From Bryobacterales bacterium (GTDB lineage Bacteria; Acidobacteriota; Terriglobia; Bryobacterales; Bryobacteraceae), in assembly GCA_030693045.1 (NCBI GenBank), contig JAUYBU010000048.1, positions 1 through 56,771 of the forward strand: DNA of 56,771 nucleotides, written 5' to 3'. The translations under genes and the position numbers were made by a program. The notes beneath the pieces are model-generated. The model ran no database searches and had not been told where the DNA came from. It saw nothing but the letters and a program-made list of their open reading frames with translations. Of this stretch, positions 1 through 9,113 are shown one piece after another. Position 1 is the first letter of the stretch, and every line of letters begins with the position of its first letter.

Positions 1-107
1 AGCGAAGAGTGATCCAGGAAACCGGCGAACTCGGCGAAGGCGCGCTCGAAGTAAATGTTGTTCTCCCAGAGCGTATCGTCGGCGTCGATGATCAACTGCT
101 GCTGCAT
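1..107 (-). CDS. HAD-superfamily hydrolase, N-terminal fragment (continues past window start)
   Basis: Minus-strand ATG at 105-107, then MQQQLIIDADDTLWENNIYFERAFAEF. The DxDxT-type motif (DADDT) is typical of HAD phosphatases. It starts 9 nt downstream of the preceding minus-strand gene. Confidence 0.45.
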   Translation of the reverse strand, partial: MQQQLIIDADDTLWENNIYFERAFAEFAGFLDHSS

Positions 108-116
108 CGGCGCGCT

Positions 117-743
117 CTACAGGCCCAGTTTGCCTTGCCCGGATCCGTTGGTCGGAGCGACGTTCTTGATGTGCACCACGCGTTGCTGGCGGGCCGCGTA
201 AAAGGGCAGAAACTCGGCCAGGTGCCGCATGCGCGCGGTCTCCGAGCGCATTCCCAGCAGCAGGTGACGGAACTGGATCTCGGGCACCGCTTGCGCGAGA
301 TGAAAACTGAGTTCGGGCGTTTCAAGGCCGGGCGTCTCCAGGTCGAGGCCCTGGATGGCTTTGAGCGCGGTGAAGGCGGTCAGCGCCTGCTCGCGCGCCG
401 CGATGGGCGCGGGAGCGGGGTCCAGATCGTCGAAGAACTGGACGGCGGCGCGCAGGTACGCCTTCTCTTCGTTCAACAGAACGACCTCGAAACGCCGGAC
501 GCCCAGTGCGACGATATCGAAGCGTCCGTCGGCGTGGCGCTGGGTGACCTCCAGAACCCGGGCCGTGCAGCCGAGGTTGACCACGCCCTTTTCGGTGGCC
601 ATGACCACGCCGAACGCGGAGCCGTCGCGAATCGCCTCGCCGATCATCTCGCGGTAGCGCGGCTCGATAATATGGAGCGGCAACCGGTTGTGCGGCAGCA
701 GCACGACACTCAGCGGGAACAGCGGCAAGAGATCGCCCTGCAT
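117..743 (-). CDS. LON N-terminal (substrate-binding) domain protein
   Basis: 208 aa. The N-terminus LPLFPLSVVLLPHNRLPLHIIEPRYREM is the hallmark of the Lon protease N-terminal domain. There is no AAA or protease domain. Confidence 0.8.
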   Translation of the reverse strand: MQGDLLPLFPLSVVLLPHNRLPLHIIEPRYREMIGEAIRDGSAFGVVMATEKGVVNLGCTARVLEVTQRHADGRFDIVALGVRRFEVVLLNEEKAYLRAAVQFFDDLDPAPAPIAAREQALTAFTALKAIQGLDLETPGLETPELSFHLAQAVPEIQFRHLLLGMRSETARMRHLAEFLPFYAARQQRVVHIKNVAPTNGSGQGKLGL

Positions 744-787
744 GTTACCATTATGGCTTCCGAGCGCCCGGCGCGCTCGCCAGCCGC

Positions 788-1327
788 ATGATTTCGAGAC
801 TGAAGCGAACGCCTGGCATCTACCTGGTTGGCTTCATGGGCTCCGGCAAGTCGACCATCGGACGCCGCCTGGCGCAAGAGTTGGGCTGGACTTTCACCGA
901 TCTGGACCAGGATATCGAGTCGGCGCAGGGCCGCGCCATCTCGGCCATCTTCGAGCAGGATGGGGAAGAGGCGTTCCGCCGCATGGAGTCCCATGCGCTG
1001 GCCGTGCGCGTGCGCCAGGTCCGGGCGGGGACGCCGATGGTGCTGGCGCTCGGCGGCGGCGCATTCGCCGGCCAGACCAACCGCGACCTGCTCAAAGGCA
1101 ATGGCGTTTCGATCTGGCTGGACTGCCCTTTTGACTCGCTTTGGGAGCGCGTGTCGCGCGCCACGCACCGGCCGCTGGCGCGCGACCGCCGGCGCTTCGA
1201 GGAGCTGTACCAGGCGCGCCGCTCCAGTTACTCGCTGGCCGACTGCCGGATCGAGGTGTGCGGCGACAACCCCTTGGTTGCCGTCGCCGCGATTCTCGAA
1301 CTCCCCGAGTTCCACTCACTGACATGA
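788..1327 (+). CDS. aroK: shikimate kinase
   Basis: 179 aa. Walker A GFMGSGKST sits near the N-terminus and the length and layout are typical of shikimate kinase. The stop overlaps the next start (ATGA). Confidence 0.9.
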   Translation: MISRLKRTPGIYLVGFMGSGKSTIGRRLAQELGWTFTDLDQDIESAQGRAISAIFEQDGEEAFRRMESHALAVRVRQVRAGTPMVLALGGGAFAGQTNRDLLKGNGVSIWLDCPFDSLWERVSRATHRPLARDRRRFEELYQARRSSYSLADCRIEVCGDNPLVAVAAILELPEFHSLT

Positions 1328-2661
1328 CCGAAAAAACGCTTCGCAAACACGCTCTGGCGATCTTCCGCGCCGCGCTGGAGGCTTCCGATCCCGTCGAAGC
1401 CGTCCTGCGCCACGTACACGCGGAGGGCCGCTTCCTGGTGGCCGGAAAGCGCCGGTATGCGCTGGACCGGTTCCGCGAGATTCGCGTCATCGGCGCAGGC
1501 AAGGCCAGCGCGGCGATGGCGCGCGCGGTCGAGCGATTGCTCGGACGCCGGATCGCGGGCGGGTTGGTGAACGTCAAGTACGCTCACCTGGCGCCGGTCA
1601 AGCGCGTTGAGCTGAACGAGTGCGGCCATCCGCTGCCGGACGCCGCCGGAGTGGCGGGCGCGACGCGCATCGCCCGCATCGCCGAACAGGCCGGAGCGGA
1701 CGATTTGATCATCGCCCTGATGTCGGGCGGCGGATCGGCGCTGCTGCCGGCGCCCGCGCCGCCGGTCACGCTCGAGGAGAAACAGGCGGTCACAAAACTG
1801 CTGCTGGCCTGCGGGGCCAATATCCACGAGATCAACGCCGTGCGCAAACACATCTCGATGGTCAAGGGCGGGCAACTGGCGCGGCTGGCCTGGCCGGCGA
1901 CCACGCTGTGCCTGATGCTGAGCGACGTAATCGGCGACGATCTGGACGTCATCGCCAGCGGGCCCACGGCGCCGGACGCATCGACGTTCGCCTCCGCGCG
2001 CGCGATCCTGGACGGGTACGGGCTGCTGGATCGCATCCCGCTTTCGGTCCGCCAGCGCCTCGAGGCGGGCGTTGGCGGCGTTATCGCGGAAACTCCGAAG
2101 GCCGGCGACCCGGTCTTCTCGCGGGTCCAGAACCTGGTGGTGGGCAGCAACGCGCTGGCGGTGAACGCCGCCGCGCGGAAGGCGCGCGAACTGGGTTACC
2201 GCGCGCTGGTGCTGTCGTCGATGATCGAGGGGGAAACGCGCGATGTGGCGCGCGTGCACGCGGCCATCGCCAAACAGATGGTCGCCTCCGGCCAGCCGCT
2301 GAAGCCTCCCGCTTGCGTGATTTCGGGCGGCGAGACCACGGTCACGCTGAGCGGCGACGGCCTGGGCGGGCGCAACCAGGAATTCGCGCTGGCGGCGGCG
2401 ATCGACATCGCCGGGCTCGGCAATGTCCTGCTGCTGAGCGGCGGCACGGACGGCACCGACGGCCCCACCGACGCAGCCGGCGCGCTGGCCACCGGAGGCA
2501 CCATCCAACGCGCGCGGGTCGCCGGGCTCGACGCTCACGCCGCGCTGGCGCGCAACGACTCCTACCATTTCTTCGAGCCGCTCGGCGACCTCATCAAGAC
2601 CGGCCCGACCAACACCAACGTCATGGACGTGCGGCTGGTGCTGGCGGGCGGCGGAAGATAG
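1324..2661 (+). CDS. glycerate 2-kinase / hydroxypyruvate reductase family (DUF4147 + MOFRL)
   Basis: Start trimmed to MTEKTLRKHALAIF at 1324. GAGKASAAMA and the C-terminal GGTDGTDGPTDAAGA motifs are typical of MOFRL-family glycerate kinases. The longer track ORF (1141) overlaps aroK. Confidence 0.85.
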   Translation: MTEKTLRKHALAIFRAALEASDPVEAVLRHVHAEGRFLVAGKRRYALDRFREIRVIGAGKASAAMARAVERLLGRRIAGGLVNVKYAHLAPVKRVELNECGHPLPDAAGVAGATRIARIAEQAGADDLIIALMSGGGSALLPAPAPPVTLEEKQAVTKLLLACGANIHEINAVRKHISMVKGGQLARLAWPATTLCLMLSDVIGDDLDVIASGPTAPDASTFASARAILDGYGLLDRIPLSVRQRLEAGVGGVIAETPKAGDPVFSRVQNLVVGSNALAVNAAARKARELGYRALVLSSMIEGETRDVARVHAAIAKQMVASGQPLKPPACVISGGETTVTLSGDGLGGRNQEFALAAAIDIAGLGNVLLLSGGTDGTDGPTDAAGALATGGTIQRARVAGLDAHAALARNDSYHFFEPLGDLIKTGPTNTNVMDVRLVLAGGGR

Positions 2662-2675
2662 CAGGGAGGGTTATC

Positions 2676-3767
2676 GTGAAACGACGTCATTTTCTGGCAG
2701 CCCTGAGCGCGGGAGTGGCGGCCGCCGCCCCGCCCAAGAGCGCCATTCCCCGCTGGCGCGGCTTCAACCTCCTGGACTTTTTCCAGGCCTTTACCCGCGA
2801 AGGGCGGCGCCCCGCGCCCACCTCGGAGGACGAGTTCCGCTGGGTTCGCGACTGGGGCTTCAACTTCATCCGCATCCCCATGGACTACTGGCTGTGGATC
2901 GACACCGACTGGCTGAAAACCAGGAAACTCGAGCCGGACGACATGTACAGGATCAAGCCCGGCACGTTCGACGATATAGACCGGATCGTCGAGCTGGGAC
3001 GCAAGTTCGGTCTGCACGTCAACCTGAACTTCCACCGCGCACCCGGCTACTGCGTCAACAACGCCGAGCGCGAGCCGTTCGTGCTATGGAGCGACAAGCG
3101 CGCCGAGGACGCCTTCGTCCACCACTGGGCCATCTTCGCCCAGCGTTACAAAGGCGTCTCGGAGTACGACCTGAGCTTCAACCTGATCAACGAACCGCCG
3201 CGGCCGCGCGAGGGCTACCTGACCCGTGAGGACCACTACCGGGTGATGCGGCGGGCGACCGAGGAGATCCGCTCGATCAGCCCGAAGCGGCTGATTATCG
3301 TCGACGCTCTCGGTGGCACGGTGGTGGACGAGATGATCCCGGCCGGCGTGGCGCAGAGTGTCCACGCCTACTGGCCGGGTCAGGTCAGCCACTACCGCGC
3401 CTCCTGGGTGGACAAGGAATCGAAGTTCCCGATGCCCACGTGGCCGATCCTGGCCGAGGACGGCTCGGTCAAGATGGGCCGCGGGCAGCTCGACGATCGC
3501 TACGCGCCCTGGGCGGAACTGGCGAAGCAGGGCATCGGCGTGCATTGCGGTGAAGTGGGCTGCTACAACCGCACACCGCATGGAGTGGCCCTGGCCTGGC
3601 TCGAAGACGTCTTCCAGATCCTTTCCGGACACGGCATTGGTTTTGCGCTTTGGAACCTGCCCGGCGGCTTCGGCGTGCTGGACTCCGGCCGCGACGACGT
3701 GGCCTACGAAGACTGGTACGGGCGCAAGCTCGACCGCAAGCTGCTGGCACTGATGCAGAAGTACTGA
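2676..3767 (+). CDS. glycoside hydrolase family 5 (cellulase-like), Tat signal
   Basis: GTG at 2676 preceded by GGAGGG. N-terminus VKRRHFLAALSAGVAAAA is a twin-arginine signal. NLINEP (acid/base Glu) and HCGEVG (nucleophile Glu) match the GH5 pattern. The upstream 1 kb of the track ORF (1620) overlaps the previous gene in another frame. Confidence 0.8.
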   Translation: MKRRHFLAALSAGVAAAAPPKSAIPRWRGFNLLDFFQAFTREGRRPAPTSEDEFRWVRDWGFNFIRIPMDYWLWIDTDWLKTRKLEPDDMYRIKPGTFDDIDRIVELGRKFGLHVNLNFHRAPGYCVNNAEREPFVLWSDKRAEDAFVHHWAIFAQRYKGVSEYDLSFNLINEPPRPREGYLTREDHYRVMRRATEEIRSISPKRLIIVDALGGTVVDEMIPAGVAQSVHAYWPGQVSHYRASWVDKESKFPMPTWPILAEDGSVKMGRGQLDDRYAPWAELAKQGIGVHCGEVGCYNRTPHGVALAWLEDVFQILSGHGIGFALWNLPGGFGVLDSGRDDVAYEDWYGRKLDRKLLALMQKY

Positions 3768-3772
3768 GGAGC

Positions 3773-4765
3773 GTGATTGTGATCCACCGATTCATCCTGG
3801 CCGTCTGCCTGTTCCTGGTTTCGGCCAACGCGCGCGAAATCACCGTCTCCGGAACGCGCTTCCTCATTGACGGCAAGCCGTTCCCATACACCGGCATAAG
3901 CTTTTTCAACGCCATCTACAATCCGGCGTTCAACCGGAGCGGCGAAGAACGGGCGAAGTGGCTCGAGAAGTTCCAGCGCTACGGTATCAACGTTCTCCGG
4001 GTGTGGTCGCAGTGGGATTCCAAGCGCGGCTTTGTCGACGCCTGCCCGGAGTGCACGCTCTACTATCCCGACGGGCGTCTGCGCGAAGCCAGCCTCGAAC
4101 GGCTCAAACAGATCGCCGCCGATGCCGACCGCGCCGGCATGGTGATTGAGCTTGTTCTGTTCTCGCAGGAAAGCTGGCACGACCAGATCCGCCTGGGGCC
4201 GGCGGAGTCCGACCGCGCCGTCGCCGCCATAACGCGCGAGTTGAGGCCCTGGCGCAACCTGACCTTTCAGGTCTGGAACGAGTTCTCCGAACGCGTGCTC
4301 GACCACATCAAGACCATCCGGGCCAGCGATCCAAAGCGCCTGGTGACCAACTCCCCCGGTTTCGCCGGAGTGCTCGGCGACCAGGAGCAGAACCGCGCCG
4401 TCGACTACCTGACGCCGCACACCTCGCGCCAGGGGGCGGGCAAAACCTGGGAGATTGCGCCGAAAGAGATCGAGTACCTGCTGGCGCGCTACCGCAAGCC
4501 CGTAGTGGATGACGAGCCCGCGCGCAACGGCACGCCCAACTTCGGCGGGCCGAAAGAGCGGACCTGGCCGGCGGACCACATCGTACAGATCTACCAGGTG
4601 TGGCAGGCCGGGGCGCACATCACCTACCACCACGATATGTTCCAGACCGGCTACCATTCGCCCGCCGTGCCGCCGTCCGGCGTCCCGGACCCCGAGTTCA
4701 GCCCCTATCACGGCGCGGTGTTCGAGTTCATCGCGTTGCGCGAACGCTACATGCCGGCGCGCTGA
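3773..4765 (+). CDS. clan GH-A (GH5-like) glycoside hydrolase, Sec signal
   Basis: GTG at 3773. Hydrophobic signal VIVIHRFILAVCLFLVSANA. VWNEF and VVDDEP resemble the two catalytic Glu strands of (beta/alpha)8 glycosidases. Confidence 0.6.
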   Translation: MIVIHRFILAVCLFLVSANAREITVSGTRFLIDGKPFPYTGISFFNAIYNPAFNRSGEERAKWLEKFQRYGINVLRVWSQWDSKRGFVDACPECTLYYPDGRLREASLERLKQIAADADRAGMVIELVLFSQESWHDQIRLGPAESDRAVAAITRELRPWRNLTFQVWNEFSERVLDHIKTIRASDPKRLVTNSPGFAGVLGDQEQNRAVDYLTPHTSRQGAGKTWEIAPKEIEYLLARYRKPVVDDEPARNGTPNFGGPKERTWPADHIVQIYQVWQAGAHITYHHDMFQTGYHSPAVPPSGVPDPEFSPYHGAVFEFIALRERYMPAR

Positions 4766-4807
4766 CCCGCGCGGGCCCCGCGGCGCGGTCCGCTACAATG
4801 GAAGCAA

Positions 4808-5641
4808 GTGGACAAACGCCGCATGTGCCCGCACTGCCGGGCCTTCATCACTACCAGCGACCGCATCTGCCCGTACTGCGAAACCGCGGTCGGGCCGCGC
4901 GCAATCGACCGCCTGAATCCGGGCGGAGTCCTGGCGGGGTTCATCCCGCACGCCCGTTTCGTCACCGTGATGATCCTGACGATCAACGTGGGGATGTATC
5001 TGGCGACCATGTTGTTCAGCATGCGCGCGGGCTTCGACGCGATGATGGACATCGACGGCCGCACCCTGTTCATGTTCGGCGCCAAGCATCGCGAGGCGAT
5101 CTTCCTCGGGCAGTGGTGGCGCCTGGTGACCGCCGGTTTTCTGCACGGCGGGCTGTTCCACATCCTCATGAATTCCTGGGTGCTGTTCGACCTGGGCGCG
5201 CAGGTCGAGGAAATTTACGGACAGAAGCGGCTGATCGTCATCTACTTCGTTTCGACGATCGCCGGCTTTTTCGCCAGCGCGCTGTGGACTCCGGCGCTCT
5301 CGATCGGCGCTTCGGCGGGCGTGTTTGGGCTGATCGGCGCCATGATCGCGCTGGGCGCCAAGAGCAGCACGCCGCTCGGCGCGGCTATTAAGGCGCACTA
5401 CCTGCGCTGGGCCGTTTACGGCCTGCTGATGGGATTCCTTCCGTTCTTTCGCGCCGACAATGCGGCGCACCTGGGAGGCCTGGCCGCGGGCTTCGGTTGC
5501 GCCTGGATCGCCGGCATACCGCGCCTGCTCCCCGACGACTGGAGGGAGCGCATCTGGACCGCGCTCACCGCCGTTGCGCTGGCGCTGACGGCGGGTTCGT
5601 TCCTGCTGATGTTCCTGTGGTTTACGGTGTCGTCGAAGTAG
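4808..5641 (+). CDS. rhomboid-family intramembrane serine protease with N-terminal zinc ribbon
   Basis: CPHC...CPYC zinc ribbon. WWRLVTAGFLHGGLFHILMN and GASAGVFGLIGA (catalytic Ser) are rhomboid motifs. Multiple TM helices. Confidence 0.85.
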   Translation: MDKRRMCPHCRAFITTSDRICPYCETAVGPRAIDRLNPGGVLAGFIPHARFVTVMILTINVGMYLATMLFSMRAGFDAMMDIDGRTLFMFGAKHREAIFLGQWWRLVTAGFLHGGLFHILMNSWVLFDLGAQVEEIYGQKRLIVIYFVSTIAGFFASALWTPALSIGASAGVFGLIGAMIALGAKSSTPLGAAIKAHYLRWAVYGLLMGFLPFFRADNAAHLGGLAAGFGCAWIAGIPRLLPDDWRERIWTALTAVALALTAGSFLLMFLWFTVSSK

Positions 5642-6152
5642 CCGCGCCGCTTACCGCAACCCGCAGCGCTTCGCGGCAGAAGGCCGGCAGATCGTCGGGC
5701 TTGCGCGAGGTCACCAGGTTCCGGTCCACCACCACTTCGGCGTCTTCATACAGGCCGCCGGCGTTGATCACGTCGTCCTGAATGGCGAAAAAGCAGGTCG
5801 CGCGCCGCCCGCGCAGGATCCCCGCCGAACACAGAACCCACAGGCCGTGGCAAATGGCCGCCACCAGCTTGCCTTGGACGTCCATGTCCTTCACGAACTG
5901 CTTGGCTTTCGAATACCGGCGGATGAAATCCGGCGCGAATCCGCCGGGCACCACTACGCCGTCGAAATCCGAGGCGCTGACCTGCTCATACGACTTCTCG
6001 CTCACCACCGGGTAGCCCAGCTTGCTGGTGTAAGTCTCACCTGCCCTGGCGCCGATGATGACGACCTCCGCCCCCGCTTCCCGGAACCGGTAGAGCGGGT
6101 ACCAAACCTCCATCTCCTGGTAAATATTGTCAACCAGAATCGCGATGCGCAT
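5622..6152 (-). CDS. DJ-1/PfpI family protein
   Basis: 176 aa. VVPGG and the nucleophile-elbow AICHG motifs, with typical PfpI length. It overlaps the convergent rhomboid 3' end by 20 nt. Confidence 0.85.
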   Translation of the reverse strand: MRIAILVDNIYQEMEVWYPLYRFREAGAEVVIIGARAGETYTSKLGYPVVSEKSYEQVSASDFDGVVVPGGFAPDFIRRYSKAKQFVKDMDVQGKLVAAICHGLWVLCSAGILRGRRATCFFAIQDDVINAGGLYEDAEVVVDRNLVTSRKPDDLPAFCREALRVAVSGAATSTTP

Positions 6153-6168
6153 ACCGCCATTGTAACAG

Positions 6169-6289
6169 CTAGGGACAGAGGCACCCTCAACACAACTAGG
6201 GACAGAGGCACCCTCAGCGCCTGAGGGGAGTAGCCAAGAGACAGGGACGGGAGTACACCCAGCGTCAAAGAGGGTGCCTCTGTCCCTAG
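6169..6289. repeat. 21-bp repeat in three copies (two direct, one inverted)
   Basis: CTAGGGACAGAGGCACCCTCA occurs at 6169-6189 and 6196-6216. Its reverse complement (20 of 21 nt, GAGGGTGCCTCTGTCCCTAG) is at 6270-6289. It fills the gap between the CarD-like stop and the PfpI start. Confidence 0.9.
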
Positions 6290-6292
6290 TTG

Positions 6293-6802
6293 CTACAGCG
6301 GGGGGGGGAGCGTCAACGAGGCTTTCGTCAGTGAGCGCTGAAGCAGGTCGGAGGCTTCCTGCGGGCGCATGGCCCTGGATATCGACAACTCGGAGATGAG
6401 CATCTGCCGCGCGCGGTCCAGCATCTTCTTCTCGCGGAAGGAAAGCGGCTTGTCTCGCTGGAGGATCAGAAGGGTCTTCAACACCTCCGCGATCTCAAAC
6501 AGGCTCCCGCCTCGCATCTTCTCGGAGTTCTCCTTGAAACGGCCCTTCCAGTCGCTGCAAAACCGGCAACCGTTGTTCGAGAGGAAAAGCAGAATCCGGC
6601 CGATTTCCCCGTTCCGGGTCACTCGCCGCAGACCGACCTCTTCCACGTGCGAGAAGGGAACCATGACGGTCATGGTGCTGTAGGAAAGCCGAAGAAGGTA
6701 GAACCTCTCGAACTGGACCCCAGAGGGCCGGGTGGTGATGTTCTCAATCGTGCCGACGCCCTGATTGGGGTAGACTACCTTCTCCCCGATACGAAAGGTC
6801 AT
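6293..6802 (-). CDS. CarD/CdnL-family transcriptional regulator
   Basis: MTFRIGEKVVYPNQGVGTIENI matches the CarD_TRCF RNAP-interacting domain, followed by a helical C-terminal domain. Start placed at ATG 6802 (AGGGG 8 nt upstream) rather than the GTG at 6820. Confidence 0.85.
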   Translation of the reverse strand: MTFRIGEKVVYPNQGVGTIENITTRPSGVQFERFYLLRLSYSTMTVMVPFSHVEEVGLRRVTRNGEIGRILLFLSNNGCRFCSDWKGRFKENSEKMRGGSLFEIAEVLKTLLILQRDKPLSFREKKMLDRARQMLISELSISRAMRPQEASDLLQRSLTKASLTLPPPL

Positions 6803-6862
6803 GTACGGACCCCTGTACACCAGATTGTAGTTGCTGCTTACACCGTCAAAACCTGAAGGAGA

Positions 6863-6891
6863 ATCTTAATCTGAACTTATGCCGATGTCAA
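6863..6891 (-). promoter_or_regulatory. sigma-70-like promoter for the CarD-family gene
   Basis: On the minus strand TTGACA (6891-6886), a 17-nt spacer, then TAAGAT (6868-6863). It lies in the only clearly AT-rich stretch of the window (about 6840-7010), roughly 60 nt upstream of the start. Confidence 0.4.
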
Positions 6892-7134
6892 CAGAAAAGT
6901 CGGCCAACTGCAATAATGACAGGCTCTTCCACCTGGTTTTCGCATTGCGCGCCTGAAAACCCAAAAGAACTACCGTTTTTGGTAGAAGAATATGAATTCT
7001 AACTATTCACCTGGCCGAGGTGTACAGGAACTCGGACCGAAAAGGCCCGTGCTGAGGCGTGCCTCGCCCCAGCATTGCCTTGCGGCGACACCCGTAGAGG
7101 TCGGAGATATCCGACCCGATTTGCCCGGCCCAGG

Positions 7135-7971
7135 TCAGACCATGAGGCGGCGGATGAAGGTCAGGTTCCGCTTCATGTCGGCCTCGACCGAGCCTGAAGG
7201 AGAGGACGTTTCCAGGTTCAGGAAGCCTTCATAACCGATGTCGCGGATGGTCTTCATGACCAGTTGAAAGTCGATCTTGCCCTCACCCATGTAGCCCTTG
7301 TCCTTCAGGTGAATCTGGCCGATCCGCTTGGCGCCCAGCCAGCGCATCTCCTTGATGATGTCAAACCCGTTGTTGAGGGAATTCCCCACATCATAGTAGG
7401 TTTTGACGGCTTTTGAGCGCGACCGCTCCATGATCCCAACATTGTCCTCGGCGGAAATGGTGTCTTCCAAGGCGAGTATGACCTTGGCCTTTTCGGCTTC
7501 CTTTCCAAGCTCCCGCAGGACGTCGCCGACGTAGTCCTTCTCCTCTTTCGTCGTGAGCGCGCCCTTGCCGAAGCACGGCATCAGCATCACCTTGGCGTCC
7601 AGCTTCTTGGTGATGCGAATGCCATCGGCCACCCATTTCAGGCCAAGCTTATCATTCTTAAGGTAGTTAACGTGAAGAATGTCGAGGCATGTCCCGGCCA
7701 GCCGGATCTTCTGCTTCTTGGCCTCGGCCAGGTACTTGGCCTGGATTTCGGGGTTGTCCATCGGCAGTTTGTCATTGGCTGGCTTTCTGCCGAGACTGAC
7801 CTCGACGCCCTCGAATCCGAGATTCGCGGCCAGCGCGAGGGCCTCGATCTGGCCCGCCTTGCGCAGGTTCCAGTCGGTCACGCCGATGCGCAACGTCTTG
7901 CCGGCGGCAATCATGGGGCCGGCGGCGGCTGTCACCGCTCCGGTGATAAGGAATTCTCTTCGTAGCATCAT
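7135..7971 (-). CDS. sugar phosphate isomerase/epimerase (xylose isomerase-like TIM barrel), Tat signal
   Basis: 278 aa. MMLRREFLITGAVTAAAG is a twin-arginine signal. The sequence layout is typical of the AP_endonuc_2/xylose isomerase-like family. Confidence 0.8.
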   Translation of the reverse strand: MMLRREFLITGAVTAAAGPMIAAGKTLRIGVTDWNLRKAGQIEALALAANLGFEGVEVSLGRKPANDKLPMDNPEIQAKYLAEAKKQKIRLAGTCLDILHVNYLKNDKLGLKWVADGIRITKKLDAKVMLMPCFGKGALTTKEEKDYVGDVLRELGKEAEKAKVILALEDTISAEDNVGIMERSRSKAVKTYYDVGNSLNNGFDIIKEMRWLGAKRIGQIHLKDKGYMGEGKIDFQLVMKTIRDIGYEGFLNLETSSPSGSVEADMKRNLTFIRRLMV

Positions 7972-7993
7972 AAGGGTTCACTCCATCTTGGAC

Positions 7994-9046
7994 TCACTTG
8001 GGAATCTCCGCAAGCGGGATTTCGACGTGCCGGATTTTCACCCGTTTCCACGTGTAGGTAATGTGGACGTTGCCGTCCGCGCTCTGGATCACCGCGGGAT
8101 AGGAAAACTCGCCCGCCTCGGTCTCCAGCGCCAGAAAGCTGTTCCAGTTGTCGCCGTCGCTCGAGACGGCCACGTTAATTGGGCTCCGTCCCCGATTGGT
8201 GTGGTTGTACACCAGGAGGACCCGGCCGTCGCGGAGCCCCACCGTGTCGATGCCGCTATTCGGATTGGGGAGCGACGTAGCCCGGGCGGCGGTCCAGGTG
8301 CGGCCTCCATCGGCCGAATCCGCGAACGACACATAGCCGATGTCGGCTGTCGCACGCACGAACATCCGAAGCTTCCCGCCCTTGAGCGGAACGATGGCCG
8401 GCTGGATAGTGCCGTGGGTCGAGCGCCAGGCGCCCGAATCGGGAACCGTGGCGGGGCCCCCCTCGCCCGGCGACGCCGGCGCGGGAGCGGTGATCGGCCC
8501 GTGCTTGCTCCAGCTTCGGCCGTTGTCCGTGCTCCGTTCCACCCAACAGGCCCAGGAACGGTAACTCTCCACCGACGTTCCACTTACCACCGTTCCATCC
8601 GGCAGCACCAGCGGCTTATTCTTGATGGGGCCCAGCAGGCCGGCCGGCAGGTGTTCCACCCCCGACCAGGTCTTGCCCCGGTCGCCGCTCGACAGGCGTG
8701 CCGCGGTCCAGGTCTGCGGGCTCGGACCGAACTTGTAGTACAGCCACAAAACCTGGTCTTTGGTGAAAAACAGCACCGGGTTGTAGGCGGCAATGTTCGG
8801 CTCGCGCGCCATTTCAAATGGCTCGGACCAGCCCGAAGCCGTCCGGCGCGCGCCCCAGACGGCGACGTCGGGCTTGCCTTCGGCGGCGCCGCCGAACCAG
8901 GCGGCCAGAAATTCGCCAGGGCTGGTTTCCACGATGGTGGAGGCGTGGCAGGAGGGGAACGGAGCTTTCTCGTAAATGAACTCGCGCCTCGGCTCGGCCA
9001 TCGCCAGAGCGCCAGCCAGCACAAACGCCGCGGTCAATGTCTTCAT
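7994..9046 (-). CDS. BNR-repeat exo-alpha-sialidase-like glycosidase, Sec signal
   Basis: Start trimmed to MKTLTAAFVLAGALAMA (ATG 9046). Four Asp-box motifs are present: SSGDRGKTW, STDNGRSW, SADGGRTW, SSDGDNW. Confidence 0.75.
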   Translation of the reverse strand: MKTLTAAFVLAGALAMAEPRREFIYEKAPFPSCHASTIVETSPGEFLAAWFGGAAEGKPDVAVWGARRTASGWSEPFEMAREPNIAAYNPVLFFTKDQVLWLYYKFGPSPQTWTAARLSSGDRGKTWSGVEHLPAGLLGPIKNKPLVLPDGTVVSGTSVESYRSWACWVERSTDNGRSWSKHGPITAPAPASPGEGGPATVPDSGAWRSTHGTIQPAIVPLKGGKLRMFVRATADIGYVSFADSADGGRTWTAARATSLPNPNSGIDTVGLRDGRVLLVYNHTNRGRSPINVAVSSDGDNWNSFLALETEAGEFSYPAVIQSADGNVHITYTWKRVKIRHVEIPLAEIPK

Positions 9047-9113
9047 TACGTCTAATCTAGCGCATCCCGGCCGTGCCCCAGGCGGTTGGTTTTCGCTACA
9101 CTCCAAAGCGGGG

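Noticed and set aside
9-791. 260-aa plus-strand ORF at the window start
   Set aside because: It is exactly antisense to the LON-N-domain gene (117-743), whose translation has clear family motifs. The plus-strand product is Arg/Ala/Gly/Gln-rich with no recognisable motif. This is typical long antisense ORF noise in high-GC DNA.
1620-2675. N-terminal 352 codons of the 715-aa track ORF (1620-3767)
   Set aside because: This part overlaps the glycerate kinase gene in another frame and is Arg/Gly-rich. A GTG at 2676 with a GGAGGG Shine-Dalgarno gives a proper Tat signal followed by the GH5 domain. Similar over-extended N-termini were trimmed for the ORFs at 1141, 3650, 8976, 16337, 26449-28005, 27528-28946, 31007-32833, 34187-35659, 44746, 46846, 48189 and 52008.
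6169-6216. Possible mini CRISPR array (two identical 21-bp direct repeats with 27-bp periodicity)
   Set aside because: There are only two direct copies separated by a 6-nt spacer, plus an inverted copy. There are no cas genes and no array-like spacer structure anywhere in the window.
7679-9055. 458-aa plus-strand ORF
   Set aside because: It is antisense to the TIM-barrel isomerase and BNR sialidase genes. It has no motifs and an Arg/Ala/Gly-rich composition.
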